A DNA stretch of 64,000 nucleotides, from the NCBI GenBank assembly GCA_013314715.1, contig JABUFC010000001.1, positions 100,511 through 164,510 of the forward strand, written 5' to 3'. Shown here piece by piece: positions 39,019 through 48,041 of this stretch (positions are counted from its first letter, which is position 1; every line of letters starts with the position of its first letter). The position numbers and the translations under genes were made by a program. Below the pieces are notes generated by a model. It saw only the letters and a program-made list of their open reading frames with translations, was not told where the DNA came from and searched no databases. The stretch comes from Bacteroidales bacterium. GTDB taxonomy: Bacteria; Bacteroidota; Bacteroidia; Bacteroidales; GWA2-32-17.

Positions 39019-41817
39019 TTATTTTTTCTTGTTTTTTGCTTTATTTGAACTACTTTTTTTAGTAGATTTCTTATTGGGAAAGCGAACAGCAGCCTGAGCA
39101 GCAGCTAAGCGAGCTATAGGAACACGGAACGGAGAGCAGCTAACGTAGCTTAAGCCAAGCATATGGCAGAATTCGATAGAACTGGGTTCGCCACCATGTT
39201 CGCCACAGATACCGAGTTTTATGTCTTTGCGGGTAGAGCGACCTTTTTCGCATGCAATACGCATTAATTCGCCAACGCTATCGCGGTCAATTTGTTGGAA
39301 TGGGTCAACAGGTAAAATTTTCTTTTCGAGGTATTCGGGTAAGAAACTTCCAATATCGTCACGAGAGAAGCCAAAGGTCATTTGTGTTAAGTCGTTGGTG
39401 CCAAATGAGAAGAATTGAGCATATTCGGCAATTTTATCGGCTGTTAATGCTGCTCGAGGAATTTCTATCATGGTACCAACTAAATGTGGTATTTCTTTTA
39501 ATTTGAATTTTGCTAAAACTTCGGAGTAAACTTTTTGTATAAGTTCGTATTGGTGTTTTAACTCTGTAAATACAGAAGTTACAGGAATCATGATTTCGGG
39601 ATAAGGATTCTTCTTTTCTTTGATGAGTTCGGCAGCTGCTTCAAAAATGGCTCTAACTTGCATTTCAGTAATTTCGGGGTAGGTAATGCCAAGACGAACA
39701 CCACGGTGTCCCATCATGGGGTTGTTTTCGTGGAGTGAGTCGGCACGTTTATTAAATTCTTCTGAAGAAATATTTAAGCTATTGGCAAGTTTTTCGCGTT
39801 CTTCTTTAATATGAGGTACGAATTCGTTTAGAGGAGGGTCGAGGGTACGGAAGGTTACAGGTAGTCCGTCCATGGCTTCTAAGGTGCCTTTAACATCTTT
39901 TTTTACATATGGGAATAATTCATCTAAAGCAGCACGACGTTCTTTTTCGGTAGTAGAAACAATCATTTTGCGAAGTAAGAATAAAGGTTTTTCGCTACCC
40001 ACACCATAAAACATATGTTCTGTGCGGAATAAACCAATACCTTCGGCTCCAAATGAGCGAGCTTTAGCTGCATCTTCTGGTGTATCGGCGTTGGTTCTGA
40101 TTTTTAAAGTACGAATATTATCGCATAATTTCATGAACTTTACAAAATCTTTGTTTTCTTCGGCTGCTTTAATCATAGGTAGTTCGCCAAGATAAACGAT
40201 ACCTTTAGAGCCGTTGAGTGTAATCCAATCGCCTTCTTTTAAGATAGTACCATCGGCACATTTAATTGTTTTCTCGTTAACATCTATATTAAGGTTGCTA
40301 GCGCCAACAATACAGCATTTTCCCCATCCTCTTGCTACTAAGGCAGCATGGCTGGTCATACCACCTCTACCTGTAAGAATAGCTTCGGCAGCTCTCATAC
40401 CGTCTATATCTTCGGGGTTTGTTTCTTCGCGAACCAAAATAACTTTTTTACCTTTTTTTGCCCATTCAACGGCATCGGCAGAATTGAATACTATTTGACC
40501 AGTAGCGCCACCAGGACCAGCAGGTAAACCGCTTCCTATTTTTTTAGCAGCTTTTTCCTTTTTGGGGTCGATAATGGGATGTAATAATTCGTCTAATTGC
40601 GATGGGCTAACTCTTAATACAGCTTCTTCTTTGGTAATAAGTTTTTCGTCTAGCATATCGAGTGCCATTCTAACTGCAGCAGGTCCATTACGTTTACCAA
40701 CGCGACACTGGAGCATATAAAGTTTTTCTTCTTGAATGGTAAACTCAATATCGAGCATGTCGCGGTAATGCTTTTCGAGTTTCTTTTGAATAGCATCCAA
40801 TTGTTTGTATGCTTTAGGCATTGCAGTTTCGAGTGAAGGTAAGTGCTTATTGTGTTCAGATTTTCCTACTTCGTTGATAGGGTTGGGCGTACGAATACCA
40901 GCTACAACATCTTCGCCTTGAGCATTGGGTAGCCATTCGCCGTAGAAGTATTTTTCGCCGGTAGCGGGGTTGCGGGTAAAGGCTACACCGGTAGCCGATG
41001 TTTCGCCCATGTTACCAAATACCATTGATTGAACATTAACAGCAGTGCCCCACCAGTCGGGTATACCTTCAATTTTACGATATGATATAGCGCGTTTACC
41101 ATTCCAGCTTTGGAATACAGCTGCAATAGCTCCCCATAATTGGTCTTTAGCATCTTCGGGGAAGGGTTTGCCTAAAACTTCTTTAACTTTCTTTTTATAA
41201 ATAACAATGAGTTCTTTTAAATCGTCTGCACTGAGTTCGGTTTCATGTTTTACACCTTTTTTGTGCATAAGTTTTTCCATTTCTTTTTCGAGTTGCTGGC
41301 GAACGCCCATACCGTCGGCGGGTTCAATGCCAGCAGCTTTTTCCATTACTACGTCGGCATACATTTGTATGAGACGGCGTTGAGAATCGTAAACGAAACG
41401 AGGATTTTTGGTCTTTTTTATGAGTCCTTCGCGAGTGGTATCGTTTAAACCAACATTTAAAACGGTATCCATCATACCCGGCATAGATGCTCTTGCACCT
41501 GAACGAACCGAAACCAATAACGGATTATTTTTGTCGCCAAATTTCATTCCCATTATTTTTTCAACTCGTGCAAGAGCTTTTTCTACTTGTTTTTCAAGTT
41601 CTTTGGGATAAGTTTTGTTGTGTTGGTAATAATAAGTACAAACTTCGGTTGTAATGGTAAAACCAGCAGGAACCGGAAGCCCAATGCTATCCATTTCGGC
41701 TAAATTAGCTCCTTTGCCACCTAGTAGTTCTTTCATGTCGGCTTTGCCTTCGGCTTCGCCATTACCAAAGAAATAAACGTATTTCTTTTCTTTTTCAGTT
41801 TTCTTTTTTGTTGCCAT
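39019..41817 (-). CDS. ppdK: pyruvate, phosphate dikinase
   Basis: 932 aa with GGKGANLAEM, the phosphohistidine region GGMTSHAALVARGWGK and the PEP-utilising C-terminal domain. Both termini carry Lys-rich extensions. Confidence 0.96.
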   Translation of the reverse strand: MATKKKTEKEKKYVYFFGNGEAEGKADMKELLGGKGANLAEMDSIGLPVPAGFTITTEVCTYYYQHNKTYPKELEKQVEKALARVEKIMGMKFGDKNNPLLVSVRSGARASMPGMMDTVLNVGLNDTTREGLIKKTKNPRFVYDSQRRLIQMYADVVMEKAAGIEPADGMGVRQQLEKEMEKLMHKKGVKHETELSADDLKELIVIYKKKVKEVLGKPFPEDAKDQLWGAIAAVFQSWNGKRAISYRKIEGIPDWWGTAVNVQSMVFGNMGETSATGVAFTRNPATGEKYFYGEWLPNAQGEDVVAGIRTPNPINEVGKSEHNKHLPSLETAMPKAYKQLDAIQKKLEKHYRDMLDIEFTIQEEKLYMLQCRVGKRNGPAAVRMALDMLDEKLITKEEAVLRVSPSQLDELLHPIIDPKKEKAAKKIGSGLPAGPGGATGQIVFNSADAVEWAKKGKKVILVREETNPEDIDGMRAAEAILTGRGGMTSHAALVARGWGKCCIVGASNLNIDVNEKTIKCADGTILKEGDWITLNGSKGIVYLGELPMIKAAEENKDFVKFMKLCDNIRTLKIRTNADTPEDAAKARSFGAEGIGLFRTEHMFYGVGSEKPLFLLRKMIVSTTEKERRAALDELFPYVKKDVKGTLEAMDGLPVTFRTLDPPLNEFVPHIKEEREKLANSLNISSEEFNKRADSLHENNPMMGHRGVRLGITYPEITEMQVRAIFEAAAELIKEKKNPYPEIMIPVTSVFTELKHQYELIQKVYSEVLAKFKLKEIPHLVGTMIEIPRAALTADKIAEYAQFFSFGTNDLTQMTFGFSRDDIGSFLPEYLEKKILPVDPFQQIDRDSVGELMRIACEKGRSTRKDIKLGICGEHGGEPSSIEFCHMLGLSYVSCSPFRVPIARLAAAQAAVRFPNKKSTKKSSSNKAKNKKK

Positions 41818-42044
41818 GTATCTTAATGGTTTAGTTAAACAATCTTTTTGCGAATTTAACTATAATTTGAATTTTAATTGCAAAAACCTTAAAATTTTTT
41901 TTTGCTTTTTAAACAACTTGTTAATAGATAGCGAATTAAGAATATGGTATTTTAATTTTTTTTAATAAATCTAAAAACGCTTTATGAATGATTATTTGGC
42001 TTTAAAAACTATTAAAAAAAATAGGCTATTTTAAAGTAAAATAT

Positions 42045-42052
42045 TAACTTTG
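42045..42052 (+). promoter_or_regulatory. -7 box TAacTTTG for the rrf2-patatin operon
   Basis: Exact TAnnTTTG match 22 nt upstream of the ATG at 42074. Confidence 0.5.
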
Positions 42053-42073
42053 TTGCAATAAATCTAAGGATAA

Positions 42074-42514
42074 ATGTTGACAAAAAAAGCCCAATATGCT
42101 TTGTATGCTTTAAGATACTTAGCTTTTAAAAAGGCAAATGGTCCTGTTTTAATAAAAGAAATGGTTGAAGCTGAAAAACTACCCCAAAAGTTCATTGAGG
42201 CTATATTAGTCGATTTAAAGAATGCAGGTTTTGTAAATAGCAAAAAAGGCAAAAACGGCGGTTATTATTTGATAAAGGAACCGAAAGAAATAAATTTTGC
42301 CGATATTATTCGTGTTTTCGACGGTGCTATTGCCTTGTTGCCTTGTGCCACTTATAAGTATTACGAAAAATGCGAAAAGTGTGAGAATGATGACGATTGT
42401 GGTTTGCGTAATGTAGTAAAAGAAATTCGCGATAAGACTGTAGCTATTATGAAAGAGCTAACCCTTCAGGATGTGATTGATAGAGATAAAACCGGACGTT
42501 TTAATATGTTATGA
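42074..42514 (+). CDS. Rrf2-family transcriptional regulator with a 4-Cys motif
   Basis: 146 aa. MLTKKAQYALYALRYLA is a typical Rrf2 winged-helix N-terminus. The Cys pattern C-x8-C-x2-C-x5-C lies in LLPCATYKYYEKCEKCENDDDCG. Confidence 0.88.
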   Translation: MLTKKAQYALYALRYLAFKKANGPVLIKEMVEAEKLPQKFIEAILVDLKNAGFVNSKKGKNGGYYLIKEPKEINFADIIRVFDGAIALLPCATYKYYEKCEKCENDDDCGLRNVVKEIRDKTVAIMKELTLQDVIDRDKTGRFNML

Positions 42515-44802
42515 CTCGCAAATTGCTTATAATATGGGCTTTATTTTTATTATTAACGAATTTTTTATTTAGTCAGCGTGTTGGCTTAGTATTGAGCGGA
42601 GGTGGGGCAAAAGGTTTAGCTCATATTGGTGTAATTAAAGCATTAGAAGAAAATGGTATTCCCATCGACTACATTACGGGTACTTCAATGGGTGCAATTG
42701 TAGGTTCGCTTTATGCGGCTGGTTATTCGCCTCAGGAGATGGAAAAAATTGTAACAGACCCTGAATTTCAAAACTGGGCATGGGGCAAAATACCCGACGA
42801 TTATGTCTATTATTTTAAGCGTAAAGAAGACGATGCTTCATGGCTCGATTTAAAGTTTAAATACGATTCTGTTATTTCTCCTAGCTTGCCTACCAATGTA
42901 GTTCCACCTCATTCAATGGATCTCGCTTTTATGCAATTGTTAGCCTCTGCATCGGCAAAGGCAAATTATAATTTCGATAGCCTTTTTGTGCCTTTTCGTT
43001 GTGTAGCAAGCGATGTTTATGCTAATGAACCAATTATTTTCAAAGAGGGCGATTTAGGTTCGGCTGTACGTGCTTCAATGACTTTTCCGTTTTATTTTAA
43101 ACCCATTTCTATTAAAGGGCGTTTGCTCTTTGATGGTGGTATTTATAACAATTTCCCGATTGATATAATGCAAAATGATTTTAAACCCGATTTTATTATC
43201 GGAAGTTGTGTTGCTTCTAATGCCATGCCTCCATCGGACGATAATATTTTATTGCAAATAGAAAATATGATTGTTTCGAATTCTAATTATACTGTACCCG
43301 ACTCAAATGGTATTATGATTAAGCCCGATGTTAAAATGATAAAACTTATGGATTTTCATCTTGCAAAAGAGCTTATTAAAATTGGATATGGAGCTGCTAT
43401 GGCTCAAATGAATTATATTAAGCAATTAATTCCAATTAGAATAGATACCCATAATGTAAGTATTCGAAGAAACAATTTTAATTCTGAAAAAAAAGAATTG
43501 CTATTTAAAAATATATATATATCGGGATTGACTTATTCGCAAAGTTTATATTTATTAAAAAATTTTTTAAAAAATAAAGAGACACTTAATTTTAATAATT
43601 TTAAGAAAGAATATTATAAGCTTATTGCGGATGATCAAATAGAAAGTATATTTCCGCGTGCTAAATACAACGAAAATTCAGGATTTTATAATCTTTTTCT
43701 AAATGTCAAACGCGAAAAACCTTTTGTAGCTCGAATAGGGGGGTTAATATCATCCGATAACTTAAACGAAGGCTTTTTAGCGATGGAGTATAAGTATTTA
43801 TCGAAGGTGGCTACTTCGCTATATGGTAATATTTATTTTGGAAAATTTTACACTAGTTTGTATGGACGAATAAGGATTGATAATTTAACCAAGTTGCCTT
43901 TCTATTGGCAATCGTATGTTGCCATGAACAATTTCGATTTTTATCGAGGCAGCAGTTTTATTTTTTATGAAGATAATCGTCCTTTGTATATTATACAACG
44001 AGAACGTCTTTTTGGTAGCGAACTAGTATTACCGATCAGAAATCAGGCTCGTTTTAATTTGGGTGCTGTTTTTAACGATTTTGGTTATCAATATTATCAA
44101 ACTTCTTCATTTAGCATAAAAGATACAACCGATAAAACATCTTTTTATGGATATACACCATATATGATTTATGAGCGAAACACTTTAAATAATAAAAATT
44201 ATGCTTATAAGGGTCATATGTTAAAACTTGAACTGCGTTATTATCATGGCATAGAGAGTTATAAACCTGGCTCAACTTCAACTATAAAGCAAATGCTGAA
44301 GCATCATCACGAATGGTTTTATATTAATATAAAATCAGCCGATTATTTATCGATTAGTAAGCGAATTAATTGGGGAATATCATCCAACTTAGTGTGGTCG
44401 AACCAACCACTTTTTAGCAATTATTCAGCTACTTTATTGATGAGCCCTTTTTATACACCTACCATACATGCTAAAACAATATACATCGAACCTCTCCGAA
44501 ATGCCTCATTTACAGCTGGTGGAATTGATTTTATATATCTTTTTTCTGATAATTTTCATGCTCGTTTATCTTCTTACATTTATGCTCCAATAAATCCTGT
44601 TATTAAAGACGAATCAGGTAATATTAAGCAAAATGCTCGAATAATTGGAAATTTATATCAATTATATAGTGGGGCATTGGTATTTTCTTCTCCTATTGCC
44701 AACGTATCTTTAAGTATTAATTATTACCCTTGGCATACTCAAGGTTGGTTTGGACAATTTAATATAGGTTTTCTTATTTTTAATAAAACGATGCATCCAT
44801 AA
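42511..44802 (+). CDS. secreted patatin-like phospholipase with a large C-terminal domain
   Basis: 763 aa. After a signal peptide come the patatin motifs LSGGGAKG and GTSMG and the catalytic Asp box FDGGIYNNFP. The roughly 450-aa C-terminal region is aromatic-rich and may be a beta-barrel. Confidence 0.85.
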   Translation: MTRKLLIIWALFLLLTNFLFSQRVGLVLSGGGAKGLAHIGVIKALEENGIPIDYITGTSMGAIVGSLYAAGYSPQEMEKIVTDPEFQNWAWGKIPDDYVYYFKRKEDDASWLDLKFKYDSVISPSLPTNVVPPHSMDLAFMQLLASASAKANYNFDSLFVPFRCVASDVYANEPIIFKEGDLGSAVRASMTFPFYFKPISIKGRLLFDGGIYNNFPIDIMQNDFKPDFIIGSCVASNAMPPSDDNILLQIENMIVSNSNYTVPDSNGIMIKPDVKMIKLMDFHLAKELIKIGYGAAMAQMNYIKQLIPIRIDTHNVSIRRNNFNSEKKELLFKNIYISGLTYSQSLYLLKNFLKNKETLNFNNFKKEYYKLIADDQIESIFPRAKYNENSGFYNLFLNVKREKPFVARIGGLISSDNLNEGFLAMEYKYLSKVATSLYGNIYFGKFYTSLYGRIRIDNLTKLPFYWQSYVAMNNFDFYRGSSFIFYEDNRPLYIIQRERLFGSELVLPIRNQARFNLGAVFNDFGYQYYQTSSFSIKDTTDKTSFYGYTPYMIYERNTLNNKNYAYKGHMLKLELRYYHGIESYKPGSTSTIKQMLKHHHEWFYINIKSADYLSISKRINWGISSNLVWSNQPLFSNYSATLLMSPFYTPTIHAKTIYIEPLRNASFTAGGIDFIYLFSDNFHARLSSYIYAPINPVIKDESGNIKQNARIIGNLYQLYSGALVFSSPIANVSLSINYYPWHTQGWFGQFNIGFLIFNKTMHP

Positions 44803-44857
44803 AATTTTTTTACTTAAAACATATTGCTTATTTTTACAACACCAATGAGTAAAAGTT

Positions 44858-45502
44858 ATGGCAAAATTTTTTTTACCCTTAATTTTACTTTTGTTAACTG
44901 CTTGGATAATTGTAGGCGTTCAACAAGAGTATGAAAAAAATAGTTTATATAATCCTGTTACTTACGATTCGTTGATAAAAATAGCTCAGAGTGAATATTA
45001 TATTGATTCATTAAAATTAGAAAAGTATAAAGATTTTAAGCTAATAACATACAAAGGAATTGCTTATTTAATACCTAATTCATTTTATGAAAGCAGTTTA
45101 ACAACCGAAGAAGATGCAATTTTTCAATTTGAACGTTATTTGCCACCACTAAAATTTATTTTATATAGCGATTTAAAATCAACCGATTCTACTGCTTATA
45201 ATTTTTCACTCGATAACTATATTGTTTCTACTATAAATGCTAATAAAAACAATGCTTCGTGGTTTAAAATGGAAGATTCGTTAGTATTTAATTTAGGTAC
45301 CGGACAAAAAGCGGTTATGACTTCATATATAAGAACAAAAACCTATGAAGATGGTACTTCTAATACTTTACATATTTCTTTTTTAGCAACAGCAGATACT
45401 GCAAGTTTATATATGTTGTTCTTTTATTGCGATACTGCCGATTATTCTAAAAATATAGAAGATATTCATAAAATATATACATCAACAGGTATATTTAATT
45501 AG
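44858..45502 (+). CDS. hypothetical protein with an N-terminal signal/anchor
   Basis: 214-aa ORF with hydrophobic N-terminus FFLPLILLLLTAWIIVG. I recognise no motif. Coding status is supported only by length and tight spacing with neighbours. Confidence 0.55.
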   Translation: MAKFFLPLILLLLTAWIIVGVQQEYEKNSLYNPVTYDSLIKIAQSEYYIDSLKLEKYKDFKLITYKGIAYLIPNSFYESSLTTEEDAIFQFERYLPPLKFILYSDLKSTDSTAYNFSLDNYIVSTINANKNNASWFKMEDSLVFNLGTGQKAVMTSYIRTKTYEDGTSNTLHISFLATADTASLYMLFFYCDTADYSKNIEDIHKIYTSTGIFN

Positions 45503-45503
45503 T

Positions 45504-46736
45504 ATGGTTTTAAATTACATTTGGATAGGCTTAATTGTTATAGGTTTTCTTTTTGCTGTAATTTCTTCTTTAATCACCGGCAATGTAAGTGTTTTTCCTT
45601 CGATGATGAATGCAGCTTTCGATATGGCTAAGACCGGTTTTGAACTTTCGTTAGGATTAACGGGTGTAATGACCTTATGGCTGGGGATGATGAAAATTGC
45701 CGAAAAATCGGGTATGGTGCAAGTTTTAGCAAGGTTAGTAAGTCCGTTGTTTTCGAAACTTTTTCCCGAAATTCCGTCAAAGCACCCGGTACATGGCTCT
45801 ATTATGATGAACGTTGCTGCCAATATGCTTGGACTCGACAATGCTGCAACACCACTTGGATTAAAGGCTATGAATGAGTTGCAAGAACTTAATCCAAAGA
45901 AAGATCAGGCATCGAATGCTCAGATTATGTTTATGGTTCTAAATGCTTCTGGGTTAACTATTATACCTATTAGCATAATGGTTTATCGTACACAAATGGG
46001 GGCAGCTAATCCGGCCGATGTCTTTATCCCTATTTTAATTGCAACATTTATAGCAACTTTAACCGGTATTATTGCTGTTGGTATTGTTCAGAAAATCAAT
46101 CTTTTTCAGCGTTATATTCTGCTATATTTAGGAGGTTTTTCGTTACTCCTTGCTTGGCTTATTTGGTATTTTACAACCATACCCGTTGAGAAATTGCAAA
46201 CTGTTTCTACTGTTGCATCAAATTTCTTAATTTTACTGGTATTGGTTAGCTTTGTTTTTGTGGGCTTTATAAAAAAAATTAATGTGTACGATACGTTTAT
46301 TGAAGGTGCTAAAGATGGTTTTCAGGTAGCTGTTAAAATTATTCCTTTTTTGATAGCGATTTTAGTGGCTATTGGTATTTTTCGCGAATCGGGTGCTTTA
46401 CCTATGCTAGTAGAGGGCTTGCGTAAACTTATTATAGCTATGGGGCTGAATACCGATTTTGTAGATGCCATACCTACAGCTCTGATGAAGCCGCTGAGTG
46501 GAAGTGGCGCACGTGGAATGATGATAGATACGATGAAAACTTTTGGTGTTGACTCTTTTGCAGGTCGCTTGTCGTGTGTATTTCAAGGAGCTACCGATAC
46601 TACTTTTTATATCATTGCTGTTTATTTTGGTTCTGTTGGAATTAAAAATACCCGTCATGCTATAGGGTGTGCTCTTATTGCAGACTTAGCGGGTGTGATA
46701 GCTGCAATTTTAGTTTCGTATTTATTTTTTCACTAA
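45504..46736 (+). CDS. nucleoside-recognition-domain membrane protein (fused SpmA/SpmB-like)
   Basis: 410 aa, polytopic, with MVLNYIWIGLIVIGF...AFDMAKTGFELSLGLTGVMTLWLGMMKIAE typical of SpmA/SpmB-type proteins. Confidence 0.75.
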   Translation: MVLNYIWIGLIVIGFLFAVISSLITGNVSVFPSMMNAAFDMAKTGFELSLGLTGVMTLWLGMMKIAEKSGMVQVLARLVSPLFSKLFPEIPSKHPVHGSIMMNVAANMLGLDNAATPLGLKAMNELQELNPKKDQASNAQIMFMVLNASGLTIIPISIMVYRTQMGAANPADVFIPILIATFIATLTGIIAVGIVQKINLFQRYILLYLGGFSLLLAWLIWYFTTIPVEKLQTVSTVASNFLILLVLVSFVFVGFIKKINVYDTFIEGAKDGFQVAVKIIPFLIAILVAIGIFRESGALPMLVEGLRKLIIAMGLNTDFVDAIPTALMKPLSGSGARGMMIDTMKTFGVDSFAGRLSCVFQGATDTTFYIIAVYFGSVGIKNTRHAIGCALIADLAGVIAAILVSYLFFH

Positions 46737-46749
46737 GCCATATAATAGC

Positions 46750-47970
46750 TTAAAACTCGTGTTGATATTTGTTCAAAAACTTGGCAAGTCCTCCCTCGGA
46801 GGTTTCGCGGTATATTTTGGGCAAATCGTGCCCTGTTCGTTTCATGGTTTCTACAACGGTATCGAAGCTTATTCTGTGCCGGCCATCGCCTAAAATGGCA
46901 AAAGCATTGTTGTCTAATGCTCGTGCTGCAGCAAAAGCATTTCGTTCTATGCAGGGTATTTGCACCAACCCGGCAACGGGGTCGCAGGTTAAGCCTAAAT
47001 GATGTTCCAATCCCATTTCGGCACTGGTTTCGATTTGAAAAATTGAACCACCAAAAAGTTGTGTTGTGGCAGCCGATGCCATTGCACATGCAGTGCCTAC
47101 TTCGCCTTGGCAACCTACTTCGGCACCTGAGATACTTGCATTTTTTTTAATAATTAGCCCGATAATGCCTGCTGTGGCTAAGGCCCTCAAGATTTTTTTA
47201 TCTGAAAAACCATGTTCTGTTTTAAGATAATACAGAACCGAAGGGATTACTCCACTGCTTCCACAGGTCGGTGCGGTAACAACTTTACCACCACAAGCAT
47301 TTTCCTCAGAAACAGCCAAAGCATAGGAGTATAACAAAGCTCGTTTTCGCATTGAACTCGTAAAACCATTTGCTTTAATATGAAAATTGGCTGCTTTACG
47401 TGGAAGTTTTAATACACCCGGTATAACACCTTCGTTTTCAAGCCCCCGTTGAATACACTCTTGCATAACAGCCCAAACTTCTGCTAAGTAATCCCAAATC
47501 TCATTGCTTTCAAACTGATCTACCATTTCCCAAATTTGAAGTCCGTTTTCGTGGCAATATTTTAAGATTGCATTCAAATTTTTAAAAGGATAAATATGGT
47601 TTATACTTTCAGCATCATCTTCTTCGCCCATAATGCTTCCACCGCCAATGCTATAGGCTTTCCATTGAACGACAGGTTCGTTGGTCTCGTTTAACGCTTC
47701 AAATTCCATAGCATTAGGATGTTTTTTTAAAAAAACGTCGGCACGCCAAACAATTTCGATAGGTTTACCTTTTTCGTCGAAAACATTTTTTATGGCAACA
47801 TCGGTAAGGTGTCCCTTGCCAGTTGCTGCAAGACTTCCGTATAAGGTAACTCGATAGGCAGTGTAATTGGGATGTTTTTGAATAAATTGTTCGGCAGCTT
47901 TTCTGGGACCCATGGTATGGCTACTCGATGGACCATAACCAATTTTATAAATGGTTTTAATGCTTTCCAT
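46750..47970 (-). CDS. sdaA: L-serine ammonia-lyase (iron-sulfur dependent, single chain)
   Basis: 406 aa with KIGYGPSSSHTMGP at the N-terminus and TAPTCGSSGVIPS. Confidence 0.92.
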   Translation of the reverse strand: MESIKTIYKIGYGPSSSHTMGPRKAAEQFIQKHPNYTAYRVTLYGSLAATGKGHLTDVAIKNVFDEKGKPIEIVWRADVFLKKHPNAMEFEALNETNEPVVQWKAYSIGGGSIMGEEDDAESINHIYPFKNLNAILKYCHENGLQIWEMVDQFESNEIWDYLAEVWAVMQECIQRGLENEGVIPGVLKLPRKAANFHIKANGFTSSMRKRALLYSYALAVSEENACGGKVVTAPTCGSSGVIPSVLYYLKTEHGFSDKKILRALATAGIIGLIIKKNASISGAEVGCQGEVGTACAMASAATTQLFGGSIFQIETSAEMGLEHHLGLTCDPVAGLVQIPCIERNAFAAARALDNNAFAILGDGRHRISFDTVVETMKRTGHDLPKIYRETSEGGLAKFLNKYQHEF

Positions 47971-48041
47971 AAGGACTTGTTTTGAACAAAGCTAAGTAAA
48001 TTAAAAGTAAAAACAAAACCGAAAAAAGTGAAGTTATATTT

